From an uncultured virus (IMG/VR IMGVR_UViG_3300005683_000076) (taxonomy: Duplodnaviria; Heunggongvirae; Uroviricota; Caudoviricetes): 64,000 nt of DNA. The notes under the pieces were generated by a model, which did not search any database, was not told the DNA's origin, and saw only the letters and a program-made list of their open reading frames with translations. Location of the stretch: IMG/VR virus record IMGVR_UViG_3300005683_000076; one strand, written 5' to 3'. Shown piece by piece: positions 19,152 to 27,164 of the stretch (positions are counted from its first letter, which is position 1; every line of letters starts with the position of its first letter). Position numbers and translations under genes: made by a program.

Positions 19152-19523
19152 TTAGTAACTGATCCCACCATCATTCGGATGGGCCTTTCTGTACCTGATA
19201 GCTTTAGCTGACACCAGGCTGTAGGCGTAGTGCATTATCCCGAAGCTGATAAGAGTCAAAGCAAACGCACCAAACCCGGCATACTTCCACTGATCTGGAT
19301 TCTTGAAGATTTCGGTGAGGAAGTAAGCGGCTATGGCCACACCGTACTCAATACCAAAGCACAGAAAGATCGCCTTCTTGACATCCATGTTTCCGCCCTT
19401 CCCGCGGAACATCCAGTTCTTTTCCGGAATGCCTATGGCGTTGGCTTCTTTGGTTTTCGTAAAGTCCCTGAACCAGCCGTACACTTGTGCGGCTATACCT
19501 GCGATAGCAATCAAAATTCCCAT
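19152..19523 (-). CDS. Three-TM membrane protein, holin candidate
   Basis: 123 aa, three hydrophobic segments, directly downstream of the endolysin. Confidence 0.55.
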   Translation of the reverse strand: MGILIAIAGIAAQVYGWFRDFTKTKEANAIGIPEKNWMFRGKGGNMDVKKAIFLCFGIEYGVAIAAYFLTEIFKNPDQWKYAGFGAFALTLISFGIMHYAYSLVSAKAIRYRKAHPNDGGISY

Positions 19524-19540
19524 AATTTTAGTGACCGAGC

Positions 19541-20503
19541 TTACTCAGTCGAAGATCCGCCGGCCCGTCGGGGCCTGACGACAAATAGGTACCACGCAGC
19601 GATCGCGGTAAGCAGAAGGACAACCAGGAAGATCTCCCAGTTGGAAGTAAGAAATGTAATGACTAGCGGAGTAGAAGTAGCTATGAACCGCCCTGCCCTG
19701 GACAAGAACGAGGCCCGGGCAACACCTTCCTGGATATTACCGGCCTTGTTAAGCCAGGTAGTGGCAGCATCGGCCACAGCCGAAGCCGTATCACCAATAC
19801 TGCCGTCCGGTTCCTTGTCGGTGGAAACTGAAGGAGGTGCCTGAACTGGAGCGGCGGAGTCCGTAGCACCTCCTGAGACCGGCTCAGGCTTAGCTCCCGG
19901 ACCAAAGTCCGCAGCTGAGTCAGCGACCGGTTGGGGTACTTCCTTCGATTTACGAAGAATGTCTTCAAAGCTCTGGGCGTAAGATCCTATCTGTCCGGCC
20001 TTGTCCGTGCCGTTGATGATCTGTCTGGCCCCTTTGTAATCTTTGCGGGTGTCGTTTATGAAATCGGAAAGCTTCTTGCCACTGAACCAGCCCTTGTGCA
20101 TCCCTACGGTCAAGATCTTGTAGGCATACCCTGGAGCTAGGGCAAGGTTGGGCATGTCGACCAGGTTGGCACCTAAGTATGCCCCGGCCTTTTCGTAATT
20201 CTTTTTCCAGGTAAGTTGGACGTAACCCCGGCCGTAGTACGGATAATACCGGAGCCCCTTCTGGAAGGTCTTGACCTTTCGAAGATCGCCAAGGTAATAG
20301 CCCTCCTCGACCGGCTGATATGACCAGGCTGTCTCATGAGCTGTGGTAGCCAGGGCGTAGGCTATATGCCTGATGTCTCTCCAGGTACTGTCATTCTCGA
20401 TCTGGTCCAGCAGGAACTCGAGGCCGGCCTTAGACCTCCGGCTAAGAGCCCTACCGAATGCCTGATCGTACAGATCAAAGAATTTCTTCCTGTTAAAAGT
20501 CAC
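19541..20503 (-). CDS. Endolysin, glycoside hydrolase family 19, with C-terminal TM anchor
   Basis: LATTAHET, YYGRGYVQLTW..NY and ARQIING motifs; Pro/Ala linker; C-terminal IFLVVLLLTAIAAWYLFVV. Confidence 0.88.
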   Translation of the reverse strand: MTFNRKKFFDLYDQAFGRALSRRSKAGLEFLLDQIENDSTWRDIRHIAYALATTAHETAWSYQPVEEGYYLGDLRKVKTFQKGLRYYPYYGRGYVQLTWKKNYEKAGAYLGANLVDMPNLALAPGYAYKILTVGMHKGWFSGKKLSDFINDTRKDYKGARQIINGTDKAGQIGSYAQSFEDILRKSKEVPQPVADSAADFGPGAKPEPVSGGATDSAAPVQAPPSVSTDKEPDGSIGDTASAVADAATTWLNKAGNIQEGVARASFLSRAGRFIATSTPLVITFLTSNWEIFLVVLLLTAIAAWYLFVVRPRRAGGSSTE

Positions 20504-20510
20504 TACAATT

Positions 20511-20540
20511 AGAGTACCATCATCGTCTATACGTTGTCAA
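20511..20540 (-). promoter_or_regulatory. sigma70 promoter for the endolysin operon (probably leaderless)
   Basis: TTGACA-acgtatagacgatgatgg(18)-TACTCT; GTG start 7 nt downstream. Confidence 0.75.
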
Positions 20541-20582
20541 GACCTTTTAGGTAAAAAAGTAAAAATATTTTTACGAAAAGTA

Positions 20583-20612
20583 TTGACATTGGCTAGACCG
20601 ACATGCTATTCT
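20583..20612 (+). promoter_or_regulatory. Divergent sigma70 promoter driving a non-coding transcript
   Basis: TTGACA-ttggctagaccgacatgc(18)-TATTCT; AT palindrome GTAAAAATATTTTTAC (20559-20574) between the two promoters. Confidence 0.75.
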
Positions 20613-20966
20613 AATTGTGAAGATTCGGACAAGAAACTCTTCCGGTGTTGTTGGGAGCCCTGTAGATGGGTGTTAGAGCATGACATCGATAACAAACCGC
20701 CCGATCGTCTCCGAAGCGATTTATCCGGTTCCTCTAACTGGTTCTACAGTACGGCATAAGTTGTAAGCCAGGTACTACGAGATTGGGATTCAGCCATTAC
20801 GTCTGTCTCCGGTGGGGGAGAACTCCACTTACTTATAAGAACTACTTACTGTAAAATACTGGTATCTAAATCTCATTGGTTCGGAGCTACGCTCCTCACC
20901 GGATAAGAAATTTAGTTTATACTTTCTAGCTTACACAGTGTTAGTTAGTACTTTGGTTGGATCTAA

Positions 20967-21065
20967 CCGGTAAGTATAGTACCTACAAGTACAGAACCCC
21001 GGTAAGTATAGTACCTACAAGTACAGAACCCCGGTAAGTATAGTACCTACAAGTACAGAACCCCG
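20967..21065. repeat. Three perfect 32-bp tandem repeats
   Basis: Unit CCGGTAAGTATAGTACCTACAAGTACAGAACC at 20967, 20999 and 21031. Confidence 0.95.
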
Positions 21066-21129
21066 CCAATAAAGGACAAGATGTACTAAAATTTGGGCGA
21101 ACAAGTTCAGAAAACGGCACTCAAGCCGC

Positions 21130-21165
21130 GGCCTGCCAGTGAAAACCACTCGGCGGGCTATTTTT
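21130..21165 (+). terminator. Rho-independent terminator
   Basis: GGCCTGCC-AGTG-AAAAC-CACT-C-GGCGGGCT followed by ATTTTT. Confidence 0.6.
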
Positions 21166-21287
21166 ATGCCCAAAACCTGCTGTGGACGCAACAATTTAGA
21201 CGCAAAAATGGGTACCGAACCCGCTTGGACCGATACCCTATCTAAAATGACGTTAATTTTACCCCACCTGTAGGCCGTTTACCAAGA

Positions 21288-21869
21288 TCACGGCCCGAGC
21301 AGCTTCAATTCCCCGCTCTCGATCCGCGAGATTATCTCCGATTTCCGTATTTCCGGGACCAGAGGCTCTAAATTGGCCCTCTTGAAGGCGTCGATCGCCG
21401 CGATCTGGTCCATTTTGGTCATCATGAACCTGATAAACTCGAGTGCGTGGGTCTCTGATCCAATAGATTGCGAGATTTGGGTAGGATCCCCACGCTCTAA
21501 CCTGTGGACCGTGTCGGCAAAGCGTCCCATTTGTGCAATACCGGCCAGTGCTTTCGGGTCCGAGGCCTGATTTATGAGGATTTCTCCCTTTTCCAGGGCC
21601 GCGAGCGTGACGTCGAGTGCTTTGCTGGCCAGCTTTTCCTTCTTTTTCTCGTATAGATCTAGGACCGTGTCGTCCACGTTATGCAGCTGCGTGTGATCTA
21701 CAGTCCAGGTAGATACTTTCAGCTTTTTTGCTATGTCTTTGTTCGTTATGTCGTGGTCTCGGCGTAGATCTTTTTGTACCAGGATCTCTGCACGGAGATT
21801 GGCGGAGATGTTCCGGCCGCGTTTCTTCGGCTTATTTGACTTTTTGGATATACCGGTTGGGTTAGCCAT
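21288..21869 (-). CDS. HTH protein, probable terminase small subunit
   Basis: Basic N-terminus, HTH (NKDIAKKLKVSTWTV), helical core, RLERGDPTQI; first gene of the late arm. Confidence 0.55.
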   Translation of the reverse strand: MANPTGISKKSNKPKKRGRNISANLRAEILVQKDLRRDHDITNKDIAKKLKVSTWTVDHTQLHNVDDTVLDLYEKKKEKLASKALDVTLAALEKGEILINQASDPKALAGIAQMGRFADTVHRLERGDPTQISQSIGSETHALEFIRFMMTKMDQIAAIDAFKRANLEPLVPEIRKSEIISRIESGELKLLGP

Positions 21870-21877
21870 ATACTAGT

Positions 21878-21907
21878 AGTGTAGCACAGTCGTCTAGCTG
21901 TTGTCAA
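21878..21907 (-). promoter_or_regulatory. sigma70 promoter for the terS-like gene (near-leaderless)
   Basis: TTGACA-acagctagacgactgtgc(18)-TACACT; ATG 8 nt downstream. Confidence 0.75.
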
Positions 21908-22100
21908 TACTACTCTTACAGGTTCCCGGATCCCGGCCGGGACTCCTTAGGTACTTATTTTGGCGGGTGGAGGGGGGCGGTTCCGGACTGGTGAGTAACT
22001 TTAATGTGTCTCTATATATACGTGTCTAAACCCAAAACGTCCCTAGGTACTTAATCCCTGACATACCCCGTACCCACTAACATTCCTGATCTCTCCCGTG

Positions 22101-22205
22101 CGTGCGGTTCCTTGCGTTGCTCGCAGGTCTCACACACACGCGTGCGGTTCCTTGCGTTGCTCACGGCGGGTGCGTGCGTGTCACGCGCGGTTCCTTGTGT
22201 TGTTC
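22101..22205. repeat. Three spaced 22-bp direct repeats
   Basis: CGTGCGGTTCCTTGCGTTGCTC at 22101 and 22141 (identical); degenerate copy at 22184. Confidence 0.9.
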
Positions 22206-22214
22206 TCGACCTGC

Positions 22215-22368
22215 TGTACGATTTTAGTACGTCCGGTTTTCATACACTCTGCACTATTGTCATACACTTTCTGTCCGATTTCAATACAGGTTTTTGGTCT
22301 GTCCGTTTGGCACTGTTTGGCTAACTGTTGCAAGTGCAGGACTTAGCAGGTATGGCACGGCAGGTGCA
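22215..22368 (+). promoter_or_regulatory. sigma54 (-24/-12) promoter with upstream enhancer-like and IHF-like sites
   Basis: TGGCACGGCAGGTGCA (GG-N10-GC) at 22353-22368; four related 17-bp boxes at 22215-22288; IHF-like TAACTGTTGCAA at ~22322. Confidence 0.65.
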
Positions 22369-22685
22369 GTATAGACGGTGGCTAGACACAGTATGTGTTT
22401 AGCAGGCTATTTGACAGTCTAGATAGGCTCTGCCTGTGATGTGCTTGTAGTGTGTTCTACGAACCCGAAGCATATCTTTCACGGTAGAAGTGCGTCTAGA
22501 CAATTGGGCGAAAACGGATAGCACCCGCTATTGTAAAGTGCCATCGCGTGTCGTAGTGTGCCCCAAGGGCGTGATGAACGGTTTTGGAAAGCAACTAAGG
22601 CTAAGCGGCTGAGACACCATTGTGTGTCTAGTACCGAACGGGGGACGAAAGGCATCCGAAGTGTGAGCCGAAATACACACAGCGA

Positions 22686-23397
22686 GTTTTGGATTAGCTT
22701 TGTGCGATACGGGACGTTTCTAAACTATCAAAAGTGAGGTACGTACCCAATGAAAAATAAAGCTAATTTCACTCTGGACTCATTGTCCGGTTATTCGCCG
22801 ACATTTGCATCATCCGGTGTCGCAAATGAGGACGCCGACGATGTTCTGAATAGGATCATCTCGGAGCCCTGCGGTACTGATGCTGTAACATTCAGCGAGA
22901 AAAGCTCAAACACGCGAGCACTGTCATTCGCGGCCGCTGGACGTGGCATCGTGTCGGCAATCGTGAACGAAGAGAACAAACGCCGAAAGGTCGAAGCGTT
23001 CTATCAGCGATTTCCGAAAGATGCCGGACTCATCGGCTATGACGACGAAGTGGACGCCCGTTTCAAGGAGTTCAAAAATTTTGTCCGCACGAACGACGTT
23101 CACGAAACGGTCTTGATTTTGAACTGCGAGAAAGGGATTCCACTCGAAGTCCGAAACAAGGCAGCGAAACAGGTTGCTATCATCGGCAACTATACCGGAC
23201 TCTTGACTGACGACGTAGCTGAAAAGTTCGCGAAAGCGTCTTTCAACTACTTTCTTCTCAAGAATCCACTCTTTCAGGCAGCGGTCTTGGCGAAGGTTTT
23301 AGGGCCGAAAACGAAGCAAAAAGCTGACCAACATCCGACGGAAGCTGACAACTAGTTTCCATTCCTTGTCCCGTACCGTACAAACCTAATCCAAAAC
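22686..23397. repeat. 30-bp inverted repeat pair enclosing the first early gene
   Basis: 22686-22715 versus reverse complement of 23368-23397: 27 of 30 identical. Confidence 0.9.
22750..23355 (+). CDS. Hypothetical protein, first early gene
   Basis: 201 aa, SD GAGGT. Confidence 0.8.
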   Translation: MKNKANFTLDSLSGYSPTFASSGVANEDADDVLNRIISEPCGTDAVTFSEKSSNTRALSFAAAGRGIVSAIVNEENKRRKVEAFYQRFPKDAGLIGYDDEVDARFKEFKNFVRTNDVHETVLILNCEKGIPLEVRNKAAKQVAIIGNYTGLLTDDVAEKFAKASFNYFLLKNPLFQAAVLAKVLGPKTKQKADQHPTEADN

Positions 23398-23414
23398 AAG
23401 TAAGGAGAAATACT

Positions 23415-23972
23415 ATGCCAATCAAGACTTCTCTAAATCCGACGAAGTGGAAACGGGCGATGATTAACGGCAGGGATCCTATTTGTGATTCTAAACCTGT
23501 AATCTACTCTGAACCACACAAGCGGAAAATGGTAAGGCATTTTGATATGTCCATGCCTAGAGGAATGGTAGAGAATGTTGACGACAACCTAGTTGATGCG
23601 TTGACACCTGTACCTGCCCTGAATGAGACGGAATGTAGAACGGTGTGTGCGTTGTATAACCACAAGCACTTGAGACGCAATCAGTCCCCACTGATACAGG
23701 CAGATTTAGCATATCGCCTATCATTAGGGAACTTTAGACTTTGTGGAAATTGTGAAAAACCGATTAACACAAAGGTGTCGAAAATCAATAGCGGTGTAGA
23801 ACTCGACAAACTCACCCCGAAAACCGTAGAGTATGCCGATGTTCCTGCACACTATCGTGTTGTAAAAGACGAAAAGAACTCTAAAAAAGTTCGATACATC
23901 CTAATCCCCAAAACTCGCGTATTCAATCAGAAATGTATGTGTGGTTCTGGTATGCGAGACCTGCTGAAGTAA
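23415..23972 (+). CDS. Hypothetical Cys-containing protein
   Basis: 185 aa, SD AAGGAG, CxxC motif. Confidence 0.75.
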   Translation: MPIKTSLNPTKWKRAMINGRDPICDSKPVIYSEPHKRKMVRHFDMSMPRGMVENVDDNLVDALTPVPALNETECRTVCALYNHKHLRRNQSPLIQADLAYRLSLGNFRLCGNCEKPINTKVSKINSGVELDKLTPKTVEYADVPAHYRVVKDEKNSKKVRYILIPKTRVFNQKCMCGSGMRDLLK

Positions 23973-23988
23973 TTGAACCAAAACGAAA

Positions 23989-24029
23989 GAGTCCTGACCT
24001 GCCCAATACGGGCCGGTGAGGGCTTTTTT
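23989..24029 (+). terminator. Rho-independent terminator
   Basis: AGTCCTGACCTGCCC-AATAC-GGGCCGGTGAGGGCT followed by a T tract. Confidence 0.7.
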
Positions 24030-24074
24030 GTTTTTGCTCAAACTTTATTCAACTAAACGGAGGTAAAAGACAGT

Positions 24075-24224
24075 ATGACACGATTAGAAAAGAAACAATT
24101 AGATGCGGACAGGAAGTTCCGCCAACAAACTCGGGAACAGTCAATAAAATTCCGCGATCGAATAGCCGTCGTGAAAGCGGACGGACGCAAGATAGAACTC
24201 CCTCCTCGCCACCTACACGTATAA
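24075..24224 (+). CDS. Small basic protein (49 aa)
   Basis: SD GGAGGT; MTRLEKKQLDADRKFRQQTREQ...; below the ORF-track cutoff. Confidence 0.55.
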   Translation: MTRLEKKQLDADRKFRQQTREQSIKFRDRIAVVKADGRKIELPPRHLHV

Positions 24225-24377
24225 CCTACCTGAACACGAACCTGTGTTTTTGTTCAAGAGGAGAAAACGAGATGAAGTGGACTCCTGTTTTCAGGATGAT
24301 AGGTAACAGGCGTGCAAGTAACCAATCTTGCCCGATGCCGCCCTTGAGAGATTAATATACGAACTTGTAAAGTGACC

Positions 24378-24599
24378 ATGCCAAAAACCGTGTATGCAGT
24401 ACTGGTTATCGATACTGAACGTTGGGACGATGGTGATCTGTGCGTGGAGATATCACCTTCAATAACCGAAAAACCTCACATTTGGCTGGAGGAGGGGTAC
24501 CCGGAGCCAAAGTTGAACAGCATTTTACTTGTGCGTAAAACGGGAAAGCAGGTCCAAGGGTGTATGGGTGGGATTTGCTACTACGAGGTCGTGAGCTGA
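24378..24599 (+). CDS. Small paralog-family protein
   Basis: YAVLVI...NSILLVRKTGKQVQG...YYEVV. Confidence 0.65.
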   Translation: MPKTVYAVLVIDTERWDDGDLCVEISPSITEKPHIWLEEGYPEPKLNSILLVRKTGKQVQGCMGGICYYEVVS

Positions 24600-24601
24600 T
24601 C

Positions 24602-24835
24602 ATGAGACACACGATTAAGATAGGAACCCGGCGAGCTTTTCTTATTACTGAAGTGGGCCAGATTGCACACGGTCCTTCGGGCACGTGGAAAGGTTTTAGG
24701 GCCGAAAACGAAGCAAGGTGGCTTTACGCTCTAGGAGATTCTGTTCGCAAGAAGATTAAACCTGGTACGATCCACATCTTTGAATTCACAGAAAACCATC
24801 CCCACTCCCTCCCACTGTGGGTACTAATTGATTGA
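24602..24835 (+). CDS. Small paralog-family protein
   Basis: IGTRRAFLI...KPGTIHIFE...LWVLI. Confidence 0.65.
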   Translation: MRHTIKIGTRRAFLITEVGQIAHGPSGTWKGFRAENEARWLYALGDSVRKKIKPGTIHIFEFTENHPHSLPLWVLID

Positions 24836-24839
24836 TCAC

Positions 24840-24992
24840 ATGAAAACACCAAAACGAGCAATTCTAACACCTAATTGGATGCAAAGGTGGTGGGGAACCC
24901 TTGTTCCCATCTCTTTGTTGATCGCCGGCGTGACCTTTGTGTGGGGACTCTCCAAAGGAATTAAGGAGAATAGAAATGCCAAGGAAAGGTAA
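24840..24992 (+). CDS. Single-TM peptide (50 aa)
   Basis: MKTPKRAILTPNWMQRWWGTLVPISLLIAGVTFVWGLSKG... Confidence 0.55.
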   Translation: MKTPKRAILTPNWMQRWWGTLVPISLLIAGVTFVWGLSKGIKENRNAKER

Positions 24993-25329
24993 GCGTTTAA
25001 AAGTTGGAGACACGGTCGCTGCTTATTTAGTTGCGGTCGATCCTGGTCAGACTTTACCTCGAAGCTGGAGCGAAAAGACAGACTTGCCAGCATATGTACA
25101 ATTAAATCACATCGAATCACCTTCATTTAACCCGATTACAGAAGTTGAACACTATATCGTCGACCCTCAACGGCGAACTAGCCGCTTTATGAATAGACCT
25201 AACCACACGTTTGCCGAGAAAGGCACTGTTGTGTTGTTGAAGTGTGTAGGATTACACATAGAGACACATCGCCTTAAACCTTATTATTACTATTTTTTCG
25301 ACATAGTAAAGGAGAGCACACATGAATAA
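24976..25329 (+). CDS. Small paralog-family protein
   Basis: LKVGDTVAAYLV...KGTVVLLK...FFDIVKE; SD AAGGAG. Confidence 0.65.
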   Translation: MPRKGKRLKVGDTVAAYLVAVDPGQTLPRSWSEKTDLPAYVQLNHIESPSFNPITEVEHYIVDPQRRTSRFMNRPNHTFAEKGTVVLLKCVGLHIETHRLKPYYYYFFDIVKESTHE

Positions 25330-25612
25330 AACAGTTGGAAGAAAACCGAATTTCAAAACAGTTACGTACTCATCTGAAGAAATGGGACTGATCACCAAGG
25401 CCTGGAGACGAGGCTCTCTAGCGAAGGTCCCGGCCAATCCTAAACTGATCACTTACCAACAGTCCGGCAACTTTACCAAATGCGTGATCGCAGGCATGGA
25501 CCGTCTGCTGTTTGGTGTGGCTAAGCGTAATCCTGAGGATCGCAACAATGAGCAGGTGGCAAAGTCGATAGCGTTTTATCGGGCAATCACCAGCGAACCG
25601 GTTCTACTGTGA
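25322..25612 (+). CDS. Hypothetical protein
   Basis: GVAKRNPEDRNNEQVAKSIAFYRA resembles a common small phage family (G.A.C.P.D.F....G..IA..RA). Confidence 0.65.
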   Translation: MNKTVGRKPNFKTVTYSSEEMGLITKAWRRGSLAKVPANPKLITYQQSGNFTKCVIAGMDRLLFGVAKRNPEDRNNEQVAKSIAFYRAITSEPVLL

Positions 25613-25845
25613 ATAGAAAAGCAGTTTTAGTAGCACGCTTTGAAGACCACAGGTCTAAGCACGACTACTACAATGTGATATATGACGTTGAGTATACGCC
25701 ATATTACATTCACCCAGACTGTGACAACATCATTCTCCACTCCGGCAACGTGGTAGTTATCGAAGAATGCCCAGGTATGGAGCCTACAAGGTGGGATGTG
25801 TCCGATGGTGTAACAATCTCTTTTTGGAAAATCATCAAGGAGTGA
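25609..25845 (+). CDS. Small paralog-family protein
   Basis: RKAVLV...SGNVVVIEE...FWKIIKE. Confidence 0.7.
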   Translation: MNRKAVLVARFEDHRSKHDYYNVIYDVEYTPYYIHPDCDNIILHSGNVVVIEECPGMEPTRWDVSDGVTISFWKIIKE

Positions 25846-25848
25846 TCT

Positions 25849-26229
25849 ATGGGCTATGAAACGTGTTTTGACCTGACCTGGAGGTTATGTGACTTGAACA
25901 CGGGTGAGCTGACAACTCTCCCTCGGATCTTCATTGAGCCGCTCAGTGCCAGGCTGTGTGAGTTATCTGGATACCTGAAAACTGATAACTGGTGGGGGGA
26001 ATTTACTGAAGAGGGAACGTACATAGATGATGTCAGTTGGTGCGATTTTAACGAAGACCTTCTCCAGTTGTCTTCGGAATATCCCAACATCTATTTTGAA
26101 GTGACGGGAGTGGGGGAAGACCGTGACGATCATTGGGTGTCGTATTACGTGAATAGCAAACAATCTGGAGGACAGGCAAGAGTTGTCTACCCTGCTTTCG
26201 ACTTTCAGGAGCACATGGGTAATGAGTAA
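25849..26229 (+). CDS. Hypothetical phage protein (MGYxT...G.GE...D.W type)
   Basis: MGYETCF...LSSEYPNIYFEVTGVGEDRDDHW; SD AAGGAG. Confidence 0.7.
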   Translation: MGYETCFDLTWRLCDLNTGELTTLPRIFIEPLSARLCELSGYLKTDNWWGEFTEEGTYIDDVSWCDFNEDLLQLSSEYPNIYFEVTGVGEDRDDHWVSYYVNSKQSGGQARVVYPAFDFQEHMGNE

Positions 26230-26503
26230 ATTAGGAAGTAAACGGGTGTTTCTTTGTCCAGACTGTCCGAACATGTGGCGATTTGTTATTTTCACGGGTA
26301 GAACTTCTTTCAAACTATTGAAAGGAGTTACATTAAAATCCTGTGAAGTGCTACCTTGGGACTGCTCCTACAACAGTACAGATTTTATTATTGTCGACCC
26401 TAACCTCACTCCTAATCTTCCGGTTGTGTGCAAAAAAGTAGCCACACTAACTCGCGAAAATATCAGCATTTGGCTTCCCATAGATGTCAAACAAAAGTCC
26501 TAA
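26222..26503 (+). CDS. Small protein, possible paralog-family member
   Basis: LGSKRVFL...PVVCKKV...IWLPI. Confidence 0.5.
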   Translation: MSKLGSKRVFLCPDCPNMWRFVIFTGRTSFKLLKGVTLKSCEVLPWDCSYNSTDFIIVDPNLTPNLPVVCKKVATLTRENISIWLPIDVKQKS

Positions 26504-26645
26504 GAAAGAGTACGTGAAGGTGTACTCATGCCAGAACTGCCCTCACACGTCGCAGCACGTCAAACGAACAGACGACACTTCATCTTTGGAGTGTAATAAG
26601 TGCGGATCAAAATCGGTGGAGGTACGAGAAATTGAAAAAAAATAA
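26484..26645 (+). CDS. Zn-ribbon peptide (53 aa)
   Basis: YSCQNC...LECNKCGS. Confidence 0.55.
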   Translation: MSNKSPKKEYVKVYSCQNCPHTSQHVKRTDDTSSLECNKCGSKSVEVREIEKK

Positions 26646-26958
26646 GTGCCCGAAAGAGATAGCCGTATTTGTGGAGTTTATAGACTTCTTTACAGATATT
26701 CCAAACTGCCACGACATTCTGATCACAGGAGATCAGAAATTCTTACTACTGGAAAAAGGCTCGCCGGCACCAAGAGTGTACTCTACTGTAATTTTGGAAA
26801 ACGTAGGTTTAGAAAAGTGCGTATGGGATCGAGAAAGTCAGGATTGGGAAACGTTCCTACGAGTGTGTGAGTCGGATTTTAGAGGATATTCACTGGATGA
26901 CACGATCAACACTGCAACTATTTGGAGAGTGAAAGGAGGACAGGCATATGAAGATTGA
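26632..26958 (+). CDS. Small paralog-family protein
   Basis: EIAVFV...YSTVILEN...IWRVK. Confidence 0.6.
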   Translation: MKKNKCPKEIAVFVEFIDFFTDIPNCHDILITGDQKFLLLEKGSPAPRVYSTVILENVGLEKCVWDRESQDWETFLRVCESDFRGYSLDDTINTATIWRVKGGQAYED

Positions 26959-27163
26959 CGGATTTGTAAAGCAGCTGCTCCCGGCCCCGGCCGAAACACC
27001 AACTGCCAGTACAACAACTGCAACAAACAGGAAGGACGAGATCGAAAAAGCTATAGACACGATCGAATCGTTCTTGATTTTCAATATCCTTACCGTCGGA
27101 CACATCTTTTCTTCCGGAAAGACTCTTCTTGTCCACGTCAATCGGAGGGCAGTAGCACATTGA
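26948..27163 (+). CDS. Hypothetical protein
   Basis: 71 aa, SD AGGAGG. Confidence 0.6.
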   Translation: MKIDGFVKQLLPAPAETPTASTTTATNRKDEIEKAIDTIESFLIFNILTVGHIFSSGKTLLVHVNRRAVAH

Positions 27164-27164
27164 G

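Larger units (their letters stand above)
20618..21165 (+). ncRNA. Candidate ~550-nt ncRNA
   Basis: Bounded by a promoter and a terminator; no ORF of 60 aa or more; nested stems. Confidence 0.5.

Noticed and set aside
22101..22205. Mini-CRISPR array
   Set aside because: Repeats are only 22 bp and non-palindromic, spacers are 18-21 nt and low-complexity, and there is no cas operon. The Cas4-like gene is an ordinary phage exonuclease.
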